From Octopus sinensis (taxonomy: Eukaryota), in the NCBI RefSeq assembly GCF_006345805.1, contig NC_043013.1, forward strand, positions 45,012,001 through 45,076,000: DNA of 64,000 nucleotides, given 5' to 3'. The notes under the pieces are model-generated. The model saw nothing but the letters and a program-made list of their open reading frames with translations. It did no database searches and was not told where the DNA came from. This document shows, piece after piece, positions 36,719 through 48,293 of the stretch. The position numbers and the translations under genes are program-made. Position 1 is the first letter of the stretch. Each line of letters starts with the position of its first letter.

Positions 36719-38025
36719 GTAAGTATAAATAAAGGGAAAGCAAAGAAAAAAAAAAGGCACTTGTCTTTTCTCCCTTTCTGTGTAGTTTGTTTAGGGCTAA
36801 GATTTTGTTCTATGGATAGAGGAAGTTCTTCAAGTTTAATCTGGAATATTTCATTGTTATCAAAAATTTGCAACAGATATATGAGATATTTTGAAAGGTA
36901 GTAACTTCAGGATTTTTTCAGTGTTCTAGATTTATGTGGCTATTGTGACATTTGGATTTGTTTTATTAGTTATTTTGAAGAAGTGGCACAACGCCTCGTA
37001 TCTCTTGTGCTGGTGAAAGGGATGCATTTGATGTCCATCTTGAACTTAATCGAACTAATGCTTTTAGAACAAGGATTTATCTTGAGTTAATCAATGCTAA
37101 TCTCCTTGTTAAACTGTGATTGACCGACAAGCATCATGTCCACCTTTTCTGTCTTTAGTCATGGAAGATACTCTGAATACTCTGCTAAATATTTAAATTG
37201 AGAAATAAGTGCTGTTTAGTCCCAGATCACTCCTGGTCGAGTAGACCTATGAACAAAGCATTCTAGCTATGATCATCCCATCTTTTCAGAGATTTTATTT
37301 GTGACTATATTATCAAATATGACTTTCTCAATTCAGATATGTTGCAGAGAATTCAGAGTACCTTCCGTGACTAAAGAAGGAAGAGTTGGATATAATGCTG
37401 GTTGGTCAATCTTAATTTAACACAGAGATTAGCTTTGATTAATTCTAAATCAACCCTCAACAGGCTGAGTGACCCTGTAGAGATACCCATGGCTTATATG
37501 AAGGAGTATCAAAGTGGGTGTAAACATTGTAACCAGGGATGACATATAAACTAGAGGATTTAAAGCAATTAAGAGTTTTAATATATATAAAAATTGGATA
37601 ATTGAGGCATCGCTGCTGACTGACCTGTAGTGGTTGAAGGATGGATACACGTGAATGGATTTCTATCATTCTCCTCCCCCTGTTCAACCAGGAATGTTAA
37701 TGAAACACTTTTTTTCAATTATACAACGTTGCTATGGCGAAACTGCAGTTCTATATCGTACTTATTTACTGCTATGGAAATTGGACCACCTGTAGTTATG
37801 AGTCTGCCAGGAACACAATGCAGTACTGTCAACACGATACAAATAGTCAAAAAGACCCTCCCCACCCCTCCTCCAACCTCACCCCAGTCAGGTATATCAT
37901 TAGCATTTCGGCCAGATGTAAACCTCTCTATTTGGTCTATCTGTTAGTAATCAGTGAGATACCCATCCTCTTCCACTTAATTGAGTCTTGTAAACACTCA
38001 GTTTTTTTAGTGTTTCTGCTTTCAG

Positions 38026-38097
38026 GCGGCGCCTCCCACCCAATTTCTACCCATTAGACAGGATATGAAACCAATTAAATCCAACGGGTCTGCTAAG
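38026..38097 (+). CDS. MLLT3: Candidate 72-nt symmetric exon (AAPPTQFLPIRQDMKPIKSNGSAK)
   Basis: tttctgctttcag| ... AAG|gtaggt, phase 0-0, open frame, GC-richer than flanks; no homology check possible. Confidence 0.5.
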
Positions 38098-39444
38098 GTA
38101 GGTGATGTCTTAAGACAGCATTAACCCCAAAGAATGTGTTTTTTTAACCTGCGATCTCATTTAGACAAGTATTTTGTGCTGTATGCACAACGCTACTCTA
38201 TCACATTTCATCAAGTTTATAGAAACTGTGATGCCATACATTTTGCCTTTGAATTCTTCAAGACTCTGAAACAATCATTGTATTGTTTAGCCCCAAGTTT
38301 CCCTAACTGAGCAAATCTGTCAAGGGCATTTTATCCACGGCTGTCTCATTTCAAGCAGTGTTCTTTCAACTATGTTAGCCAATATGGCATTCTTTTTCTT
38401 TTCTGAACGGTAGGGTGTGATTTGAGGGAAATTTAACTGCCATTTCTAGCACATCAAGTAATCATTTGTATATGTTCCCTCATTAACTTGAACAGCCATT
38501 GTGTTACGGCAGCAGACATGTTAGGTTTGCTTGCCTAACTACAAACTACAAAATAGGTATCACTCCTACCTGACTGTTGAGTGCTTTATTAATTAACCAG
38601 AGATGAGAGAACGAGCAATAAATTCCAGTGCAGCCCTTCATATCTGCAAGTTCAATACTAACCCAGGTAAGATTGAAACAATAACAACACCATCATATTA
38701 ATATGATGGTTTGGAAGTTTCTATGGCAAAACACTTATAGCCATTGTTGTTGATTTTTATTAATGATAATTATTCCTTTGCAATGTGTTTAAAAAACAAA
38801 TGTTGGTCTTCATTTCACTGTTGAATATTTCTGTGTATGTGTGTACATGCAAAGTGTAAAAGTCTATCTCAAGTATTCAGGTTTATTAGGTTGGAGCTTA
38901 TCCCATTCTCTAAGGCATTTAAGGGATTGGGAATGCAAAGCTCCTTGAAGAGGACACCAGTTTTTTGCTGTCTCTGGTACTCGGTTACAGCAGGTTGACT
39001 GGGGCAATGTAAAATGAATGAAAACACAGCGTGCTGCCAGATCCAAGAATTGAATTCACAATCATGAGCCTAACATTCTAACCACTATGTGTGTGTGTGT
39101 GTGTGTGTGTGTAAGGTAGTCAGGATTATATATCTTGACCTGAAGGTTTCATGCCATCAATGTTATATTTGGCTGTACTTGTCAGCAGATCTAATTTCTT
39201 CACAATCTGTTAATGAATATAGCTGACCATAAGGTGATTGCATGAAAACTTGAGGTCTAGATATGTCATCACATTTATATATGACAAAAGATGTTATGCT
39301 CCATACACTTCCAACATGTTTTTTGTAATTCTAAATAAACAAAAAATATATACATGTGCACACACACACAAACACATTGGATGTTTCTAACCTATTTGGC
39401 TATTAAATATCTGCTGTATATGATGTTCTTGATTTTATTTTCAG

Positions 39445-41442
39445 ACTAAACTGAAGCAAAAGATGATAACCAGCGGTGTTGCTTCGAAAGAAACTAAGTC
39501 AATTAAAGATAAAATGTCTCCGAAAGAATCCTCATCAAAACGGCCTTTAGAGTCTTCCAGTAATGAAGAAGGCGAACGGAAAAAGATTAAACTCAGTATT
39601 AACCTGGGAGAAGGCAAAGTTAAAGAGAAACACAATGACAGCAAAGACACTTCGTCGAAGGAGAAGTCGAAAGACAAGCATAAAGATCGACAGAAAAACA
39701 AAGAGAAAGACAAGAAGCACCGGAGTAAAGACAAGCTGTACACGGGGAAGGAAAGGGATAAGAAGAGTGAGAAAGAGAAACTTCTACCAGTGAGCAGCAA
39801 GGAAGAGAGTTTTAAAAGTCAGCAGATCAAAAGTGAGAAGGCCAGCAGCTTGACTGATTTCAGTGACCTCAGTAACCCCAGTTCACCATCAACTACAGAT
39901 TGTATGAAGTCATCGAAACTGTTGTCGTCATATGAGGCTGGTGACGATTTTGATGATGACCATCCGTTCAACTCATGCAGCAGTTCAGTGTTAACTTCAC
40001 CAGAGAGCCACAAAGATTCATCGTCAAATAAGTCAGTGAGCAAATCCTCAAGTTCCCACAAGTCAAGTTCGAAATCCAAGAGCGACGCAGGCTCCAGCGA
40101 GAAGAGAAAGTCGGCTCCGGGCAGCTCTGACTATGACGGGGAGAACAAAAAGACAAAATCTCAGAAAGAAGACAAGAAAGACGGTTCGAAAGATCACGCG
40201 AAGGAGGAGAAGAAAGAGAGCAAGGAGAAGGAGAGTAAAAAAGAGAAAGATCGATCAAAGAAAGAGGGTAAAGAGAAAGAGAAGAGTTCACGTGAAGAGA
40301 AGAAGGTGAAAGAGAGCAAGGAGCGAGATGGGAAAGATGTGAAAGGGAAGGAGATCAAGTTGCATCAGGAGTCTAAGGATAAGATTAAGAAGGAGAATAA
40401 AGAGAAAACGAAATCTCACAAAGAGGAAAAGGATAAGAGCAGCAAAGAGAAAGATGCTAAAGCGAAAGAAATTGGCAAGGATAACCGCAGTAAAGAGAGT
40501 AAAGAGAGTAAAAGTCTGAAAGAGAATAAGGACGGCAAGATTCTGAAAGATGGCAAAGAAAATAAAACTCCCAGGGATGGAAAAGGGATGAAGTCGCCGA
40601 AAGAAATGAAGGATAAATCAGCAAAATCAGAGAGTAAAAATACGAAATCACCAAAAGATTCCAAAGAAACTCCCAAGGACAGTGTGAAATCTCCGAAGGA
40701 AGGTAAAGATCTTAAACACTCTAAGGAAGAGAAAGAAATGAAGTCTCCGGAAATTAGTCGAGACAATCCAGTAGCTTCGGAAAATGTTTCCAAAGAGAAA
40801 AAATACGACAAAGTGTCTAAGGACAATTTGAAAGCAACCAAAGACGTGAAGTCATCGAAAGAAATGAAAATGAAAGAAAATAAAGAAAGGGACTCTAAAA
40901 GTAAGGAATTTAGGGATAAAGCCAGCAAATCTATTGTGAAGAAAGAGAAAATAGAAACTGGTGTCTCCGAAAGCCGAAGTTTGAAGAAGGATATTGAAAG
41001 TGTAAAATCAAGTAACAGTAAGCCAGTTGTGAAAACTGAACCAAACGTAGCTGACCACTCAGAGGGCAGCGATAAAGAAAAGACCCGAATGAGCAGCACT
41101 AAAGACAAAAGCACTGCTAGACTCAGTTCTGAAGAGTCTCCGGATAGGGACAGCAAAGAACAAGTAATTGGAGATTCCTTATCTGAACAGGAAGATCTTA
41201 CACACGAGGAACTGGAGGAGGTCTCGCCAAATGGTTTCACTGTGAGAATCCTCTGGGGCATAATGAACGTTGTGAATTCTTCGAAAGACAGGGACTTGGT
41301 TCAAAAAGTTGCCTGTTTGGCAGCTGAGGACACTAACTGTTTGGTGGAGAAGGGTTTTTTCAAATTTGACTTGATGAATGTTAGTGCTGAGTGTGTGAAG
41401 AAAATTCAAGAAGTGGTTGAAAAATTCTCCGGAGATCCCTAA
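39445..41442 (+). CDS. MLLT3: AF9/ENL homolog terminal exon: K/E/S-rich disordered region plus C-terminal AHD/ET domain
   Basis: ttttcag|ACT phase-0 acceptor, 665 aa open to TAA; C-terminus DRDLVQKV...FFKFDLMNVSAECVKKIQEVV aligns to the AF9 AHD (LQQIV...FDFDLCSLDKTTVRKLQSYL). Confidence 0.9.
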   Translation, partial: TKLKQKMITSGVASKETKSIKDKMSPKESSSKRPLESSSNEEGERKKIKLSINLGEGKVKEKHNDSKDTSSKEKSKDKHKDRQKNKEKDKKHRSKDKLYTGKERDKKSEKEKLLPVSSKEESFKSQQIKSEKASSLTDFSDLSNPSSPSTTDCMKSSKLLSSYEAGDDFDDDHPFNSCSSSVLTSPESHKDSSSNKSVSKSSSSHKSSSKSKSDAGSSEKRKSAPGSSDYDGENKKTKSQKEDKKDGSKDHAKEEKKESKEKESKKEKDRSKKEGKEKEKSSREEKKVKESKERDGKDVKGKEIKLHQESKDKIKKENKEKTKSHKEEKDKSSKEKDAKAKEIGKDNRSKESKESKSLKENKDGKILKDGKENKTPRDGKGMKSPKEMKDKSAKSESKNTKSPKDSKETPKDSVKSPKEGKDLKHSKEEKEMKSPEISRDNPVASENVSKEKKYDKVSKDNLKATKDVKSSKEMKMKENKERDSKSKEFRDKASKSIVKKEKIETGVSESRSLKKDIESVKSSNSKPVVKTEPNVADHSEGSDKEKTRMSSTKDKSTARLSSEESPDRDSKEQVIGDSLSEQEDLTHEELEEVSPNGFTVRILWGIMNVVNSSKDRDLVQKVACLAAEDTNCLVEKGFFKFDLMNVSAECVKKIQEVVEKFSGDP

Positions 41443-42413
41443 TACCCATGCAAAGTTGGTTGTTATTTGTGTTTTTTTTTTCTTTTTTTTTCCTAAACTC
41501 CCCTTCACCTCGTCTGAACATGTGTGTGTGTGTGTGCATATACATGCATTAACATATTACATCTCTCCCTCTCCCTTTGTCCTGTCACGACAGTTTGCAT
41601 TTGTGGAGAAATGTGCAAATGGTTTGTTCGATTACTTGTTTAGACAAATACAAAAGAAAGTAAGGAAAAACAAAAGCTAATAATGGAAAAAAGATGTGAA
41701 GTATGAACAACTATGGGGGGAAAAAAAAGTATTTGTACGAATGAAAAAAAGGAAAAAAAAAAAGACACATAAAAGAAAGAGAAAAAAATTGTCTGAGAAA
41801 TGGTTCACTGTATCTTGTTTCTTGGGAGAATTAGGTGGAGAACAATTTCATAACTATATTGTCTGTATGTATCTGTATGTCCACATCCCTGTGTGTGTGA
41901 GCACGCGCACATGCAAGCATGAATGTGTTTGGTGTTCATTGATGGAAACCGTCTCTTCAGGCTTGCCACCCCGAAGAGGTGGTCATCAGAACAAAACAAA
42001 AAAAAGTTGTTTCTCTTCAATTCACACACACACACACACACACACACGCACATTTTTATATTTATGTTTATTTATTTATTTGTGTGTTTGCATGTTGTTG
42101 TTTTTTGTTTTTGTTTTGTTTTGTTTTGTATTTTTTTTTTCTCTCAGTTGCCTCTTTAATAGTTATTTTCTTTTTCCTTCTCTTCTATCTGTTTTAACAA
42201 GCTGCTGTCTTCCCCCCTCCCTCCCTTCTTTCCAAACAAAACGCATTGCACAAGACTTACACATTGCAGTAAAAAACTACTACAACTCATTCATTCATTT
42301 AGTGTAAACTGCTATTTTACCAGTCGTGCATTTTCTCTCAAAAGATAAGTATATATACATACTATATATATATATATATATAGTATATTGAGTGTGTGTG
42401 TGTGTATCTATAT

Positions 42414-42631
42414 CAGTGCTTTTCAAACTTTTTGCTGGAGCGGAACCCCAAGGGAACATTCCACTGGCTCGAGGAACCCTGTGCAATAATTTAATAGTTT
42501 TATGCACACATATCTGCACAGGAGAATTAAAAATTACTGCCGATTTTAGCAGTTTTGTAACTTCTTGCGGAACCCTTGGACTGTACTGGCGGGACCCTAA
42601 GGTTCGGGGAAACCCTGGTTGAAAACCACTG
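42414..42631. mobile_element. hAT (Charlie-like) MITE, 8-bp TSD ATCTATAT
   Basis: CAGTGCTTTTCAA / TTGAAAACCACTG ends; TSD on both sides. Confidence 0.9.
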
Positions 42632-42642
42632 ATCTATATATA

Positions 42643-43216
42643 CAGGGTGGCCCAAAAGTAGGTTTACAATTATCACATAGGCACTTTAAATTTCTTTTAA
42701 AAAAATCTTATTACATTTAAATTTCTGTCTTAAAATCATATTGTTTATTCACATCTTAAACAGACAATGTTTAATCTCTCAGATGCTCAAAATGTCCCCT
42801 TTCAACAGTGCAACATTCTTCAAACCTTTTTCAGAACACTGACACACATTGCGGCACAGTTTCCGATCTCCATCAATTTCAGTGAATGTGTCAGATGTGT
42901 AATCTTTTAAATTCATTTACTGTTTTTGGGGATTCTTATCATAAACCTTGTTCTTTACAACACCTCAAAAAAATGAAATCCATTGGTGTCAGGTGAACGT
43001 GGTGGCCATTCGATGCTGCCCCATCTTCCAAACCAACGCTGTAGAAAGGCTTGGTTAAGGTAGTCTCTTACTGTCAACTAAAAAGGGAGCCTGACAAAAT
43101 TAACTAAATTAGCATAGAATAATGGATTCATATTTCTTTATAATTAAGATCTAAACTGTTATATCAATGCAAAAGAGATAATTGAATAACTGTGAACCTA
43201 CTTTTGGGCCAGCCTA
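42643..43216 (-). mobile_element. Internally deleted Tc1/mariner element with TA TSD
   Basis: TIRs CAGGGTGGCCCAAAAGTAGGTT / AACCTACTTTTGGGCCAGCC; the minus strand retains WPPRSPD and frame-broken C-terminal transposase sequence. Confidence 0.8.
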
Positions 43217-43356
43217 TAAGTATATATATATATATATATATATAGTTTTATAGAGCCCAGTATATGTTTGTCTCTAAACCAAGGGATTCATTCAGTCGGG
43301 CCTTTTTGCTGACAGCACATCATATGAGAAACATATCGATACATACTTACATATAA

Positions 43357-43389
<33 letters not shown>

Positions 43390-43914
43390 TATATTATAAA
43401 ATGTTACTCGCAGACACATGTATAATTGTAAATGTACTTATTTAATGATTATGAAGGGCAGTGGTGTTGGCAGGAATGCTGATATAAAGTATTTGACTTA
43501 ATATATACCTATCGACCCTTGGTTTTTGGTATTTTGCTCCCCCCCTCCACCTTTTTATTTGTTTTAGATTCTGTTTGGTGTTGACATTACACTTCTTTTT
43601 CTCTCTAGTGTTTCAGCTATGAGGGCTGGTAAATTTATTAGCAGTCATACATTGGGTTCATTCAACTGTCAATATCTTTCCTTAACATAAAAATGCCTTT
43701 ATGTCTAGTCAAACAAAAACAAAAAAAAATATTAGTTTACAAAACAACAAACAAAAAAGAAATAGTTTCATTGTTGCTGTTGTTGAAATCCTGCCAGGGT
43801 CGACTTTACGTTTCATCCTTCCAAAATCAACGGAATATGTTCCACTCCTAGTTGAGTCGATTCATCCAGCCATGCCCTCCTCATCCTATGCATCTCTGTG
43901 TTTGTAAGAAATTG

Positions 43915-44810
43915 TTGAGTGGCGGAAATGATGAAGTGCCAGACTAGATGACTTTAGTTAATGTGCCTTTAAGTTCTGAGCTCAGATACTGAGAGGGTGG
44001 CTTTGCTTTTCATCCCTTGGGTTAGGGTCAATGAAAATAAGCACCACTTCAGTACTTGAGTTAATTGGATCAGCTTTCCCCACCAATTCCAGTATAAAAG
44101 TAAATTTGGCTTGTGTGCCAATGTTAAAAATCATCACCACCAATATTATTATTATTATTTAAGGCAGCAAGGTGGCAGAATCATTAGGATGCCAGGCAAA
44201 ACGCTTAATGACATTTTGTCTGTCTTCACACTCTGAGTTCAGATGCTGCCGAGATCAATAAAATAAGCCCCACTTGAGTCCTGGGGTCGATGTACTCAAC
44301 TTATCCCCTCCCCCAAAATTTCAGGCCTTGTGCCTATACTAGAAAGGATTATTATTATTATTATTATTATTAAGGTGGCAAGCTGTCAGAATTCTTAGCA
44401 GTATTTTTCCTGTCTTTACATTGAGTTCAAGTTCTGCCAAGTCAACTTTGCTTGTCATCATTTCAGGGTCAGTAATATATCTACCAGTTCAACACAGGGT
44501 CGGTGTAATCAATTAGCCCCACTTCCTCGCCACTCTCCTCAGATTTCAGGCCTTATGCCTATAGTTGAAAAGATTATTATTATTATTATTACTTCCTTTA
44601 TTACGATGGCAAGCTGACAGAGTTGTTAGAGCATTGGAATGAATATTTTGTGGTATTTCTTCTGGCTCTTCATGTTCTAAGCTCAAATCCCACCAAGGTC
44701 TACTTTGCCTTGATAAAATTAGAGTACCAGTCACATACTGGGGTCGCTTTAATCTACTAATCCCATTCTCTTCAAAGTTACTGGCCTCATCCCTAAATTA
44801 GAAGCAGTTA
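43915..44810 (+). mobile_element. Head-to-tail train of four family-C SINEs separated by (ATT)n tails
   Basis: Heads at about 43915, 44160, 44372 and 44603; the second and third start directly in the preceding ATT run, the fourth about 12 nt after it. Confidence 0.7.
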
Positions 44811-46211
44811 TTATATGCACTTTCATTTCTGTTCAAGACTTGTCAGTGTTGACCCTGAGAATTTGTCTTTTACTACAGTTTAATCAATATTAACGTAATA
44901 AGTCTTGTACAGAAAGACAACAGGGTAATGCCGTTCAAAATATTAACATAATAAATCAATATTTTGTTCTTTATTAACAGTCATTCCATACTTTCACACA
45001 AAAACGACATCAACCATCAGTTAAGATTAAACTAATTTTCCTTGCTCATTAGGGTTGGATTGGGGATGGTTTGATATAAGTACTGGTAATGTACTGAGTT
45101 AATCCAACCAACCTAACATACTTAAAATTTTAATAGGGTTTGTTTTCTTCTTTTCATCTCCTGTTTTGCCCCATCATCATCGCTCTTTATCATGTATCAT
45201 GCCCTTGTCTTGTTTTGTGGGAGAAGCAGCAATGTTTTAGCCCCTTAACATTCAGATCTCTTTGTCCAGGTTATTGCTTCTATATTCATATTGTTTTGGA
45301 TTAATCACGAATTATCTTGTAACTTCAGGATTTTGATGATGTGATTGTATATTTTTAGAATGACATTGTAGGGGAGGTGTAAGAGGTTGGATCTGGTCAG
45401 TTTTAGCATAAAACACACATAATCTTAGGGCTGGTTATGCCCAGTTTAAATGCTAAAAGATTAAAAAATATATCTCCCTAAATGGACCTTTTATCAGTGA
45501 AATAAGTATTCCAGTTTGATCAAGAAAACTGCTCTACACATTCTGTTACAAAGCGACTAAATGATACGGTCACTCATACAATTTAGACTTAATCCCCAAG
45601 TTAAATCAACATGACCGTGTGGGTGACAAAAGTTGATTTTTAGATACAAGTACAGTCCATCCAGTAGGGTTCCACCACAGTTTCTATCTACTCAACTTCA
45701 CCCATAAATAATAGAAGAGACCAACCCAATTTGTTACGTGGCAGGATTGTGCATTGAGCGCCTCATGATTGAATAGCAAACTTCTTAACCACTCAGCTAT
45801 GTACCCATATCTCCCTTAAATATATCTGTTCATTTATGTCATATCTCCTAAATTATTTTTATTTTCAAATGCAAAATCTCTGTTCAATTTCTCTCTCATT
45901 CTAAGCTTTTGCCTTCCTCTGTCTTGAGTACATAAAAGCCATACTGTAATTATCAGCACAGATTATATTTATTCATTAATCAATCAGTAATGTCTCTTTC
46001 ATCTCAAAATGTGTGAGGCAAATTAGCGGTACCCATTATTACTAAATTAGAAGCTGTATAAGAGATTACTTCTCCTCCATAGACATGTTTCTTTCCAATC
46101 CATCCTGGGTCTTACCTTGCCTCTTTGATCTCTTACAATTAGTTTTAATTGAGATGCTGGTCTTATAATACTGCTCTACTCTTGATCCAATTTGTGATGG
46201 ATCTAAATCGT

Positions 46212-46243
<32 letters not shown>

Positions 46244-48293
46244 CATCTTTATACACACACTACACAATTATTTATTATAAATTCGTATTTAATTTTAGTA
46301 AAATACCATTGTACTATTAACCCTTTAGTGTTCACATTATTCTGCCAAAATTAATGCTTTCACATCCTCATTGTTTTGAACTAATCACGTATTATCTTGT
46401 AGCTTTGAGATTTTGATGAGGTTGCTGTTAATTTTTAAGATGATATTGTAGGGTTGGTGTAAGAGACCAGATATGGCCAATTTGAACATAAAACAAGCAG
46501 AATACTTTTGGCCGGTTTAAATGCTAAAGGGTTAAACCTTTAACTGATATCTTGGTAAATATTAACCCTGGTGGATTCTGCTGACTCATGGTAAATGACA
46601 CCCTCTCAGATTAACATCTAAACACATTCTTTTTTTCATCCTTACATCTGCATGTTGTAAAAACTTATTCTCATCCTACAAGCATCTTGTTCAACATATT
46701 CTTGTAGAGCGAATATGTGTAGAATATACTTTGTGTCTAGCTAATTGGACTAGTAAATCACTATTAGAGTTTCATATAGAGTCCACTGAAGTTTGCATAT
46801 ATTTGCAGTGAAGTTAATTATTTATATGGGCTCAGAGGAACTAACAGTGAAGCTTCTACAGTCACTCGACCTGCTAGAAATAACTGCTAAATCTTCCTTT
46901 AAATTACTTTCAACAATGTAGAGACAAAGCCTTCTAATGTTGTCCTCTATCCCATTATGTCCAAGCGTGAAGTTATTTCCCTCCCGTTTGCAGTTTCACT
47001 TATCACCTATTAGTAAATAAATTATATGTTTCATTCATTTTGAAATATATTTACCTACAATCTGTCCAACCTATGCTGGCATGGGAAAATGGACATAAAA
47101 TAGATAACTAATTTGATTCCCATTGAACTTATCTTTACCAAGTCACTAGTCATGTAATTGTCAAAGTTTTAGGCCGGTCTAATAGTAGACAAAGGAAAGA
47201 AGAGAGACAAAAATCAGTAAATAACATAAATATTATATTGTGTTGTGAATTAAGTGGAAATATATATTTTATTAAATAATTACAAAAAGGGAAAATGTTT
47301 TACTTTTCCCTGGTCTTCCTCTGGGTTTGGACAGTTTAATTATTTTTCTGTGATTGTTGGAAAATATCCTATATTATGGAGAAAAGATCACTTGTAATTT
47401 TCTTTTGCGTGTGTAAATAGTAAATTAAATTCTTCAGTTTTAATTAATGGTTTCTCATAAATAATGTTGTGACGAAGATGATATTTTTCCATAAAGGAGG
47501 GATACAATCAGTTGAAATGATTATATCTGATAATTATTTTTAATGATCATGGAGAACACTGAAACTACGTATTGTAATTAACTTAATTTATGTAGTTCAA
47601 TGTTTATTCTGCCATTCCTGAACCTGGTTATTCTTAAATACATTGCTTACTAATCTCTAGATTTTTTCCAATAAAATCTTCAACATTATTGAAATGTTAC
47701 GTTGGATGTTAACACAACAAAACAAAAACAAATAATAGTTAGGATTTTAATCTTCTGTTGTTGTTATTCTAAGGGTAGTGGCAAGTACAGTATTGTTTAG
47801 AGCACCAGACAATATACCTTGAAGTATTTAGGTGGGTTCTGGGTTCAAATCTTGTCAGCTTTGCCTTTCATCTTTCCCCGAGTCAATAAAATATATAGTC
47901 ATGGATTTGGGGTTGATCAAAATGACAATTTCCTCTCCTCAAAATCTATATCTTTAGTAACCATCAGTAGTAGAAGCAATTACAATGTTCAATTAAATAT
48001 CTTACAATACTCGGTCCCATTTTTATATTCTGGATTCAAACCCCTCTGAAGTTGACTTTGCCTTTGTTCGAAGAGAGATGTATTTAGATACAGCTTGCTA
48101 AGATTGATTCGGTCAACCATACCACCACCACCACCACCACCCCTGTCAAAATTTATGGCCTTGTTCCTATGCTAGGAACCATTATCAATGAGGGCAGTCT
48201 TTCTATATTAATTGATTATACTTCTCTCTCCTATCTCATGAAATGCAGGGACTTTTGTCCTGCTTGTGTTAGAAATCTTTGAGTTGGTCGTTT

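Noticed and set aside
37630-37947. Pro-rich ORF (TLPTPPPTSPQS) as an extra AF9 exon
   Set aside because: No acceptor/donor pair compatible with the required phase 0 was found.
40416-41261. 281-aa minus-strand ORF
   Set aside because: Antisense shadow of the K/E/S-rich exon.
41696-42307. 203-aa ORF after the stop codon
   Set aside because: Made of microsatellites and T-runs of the 3' UTR.
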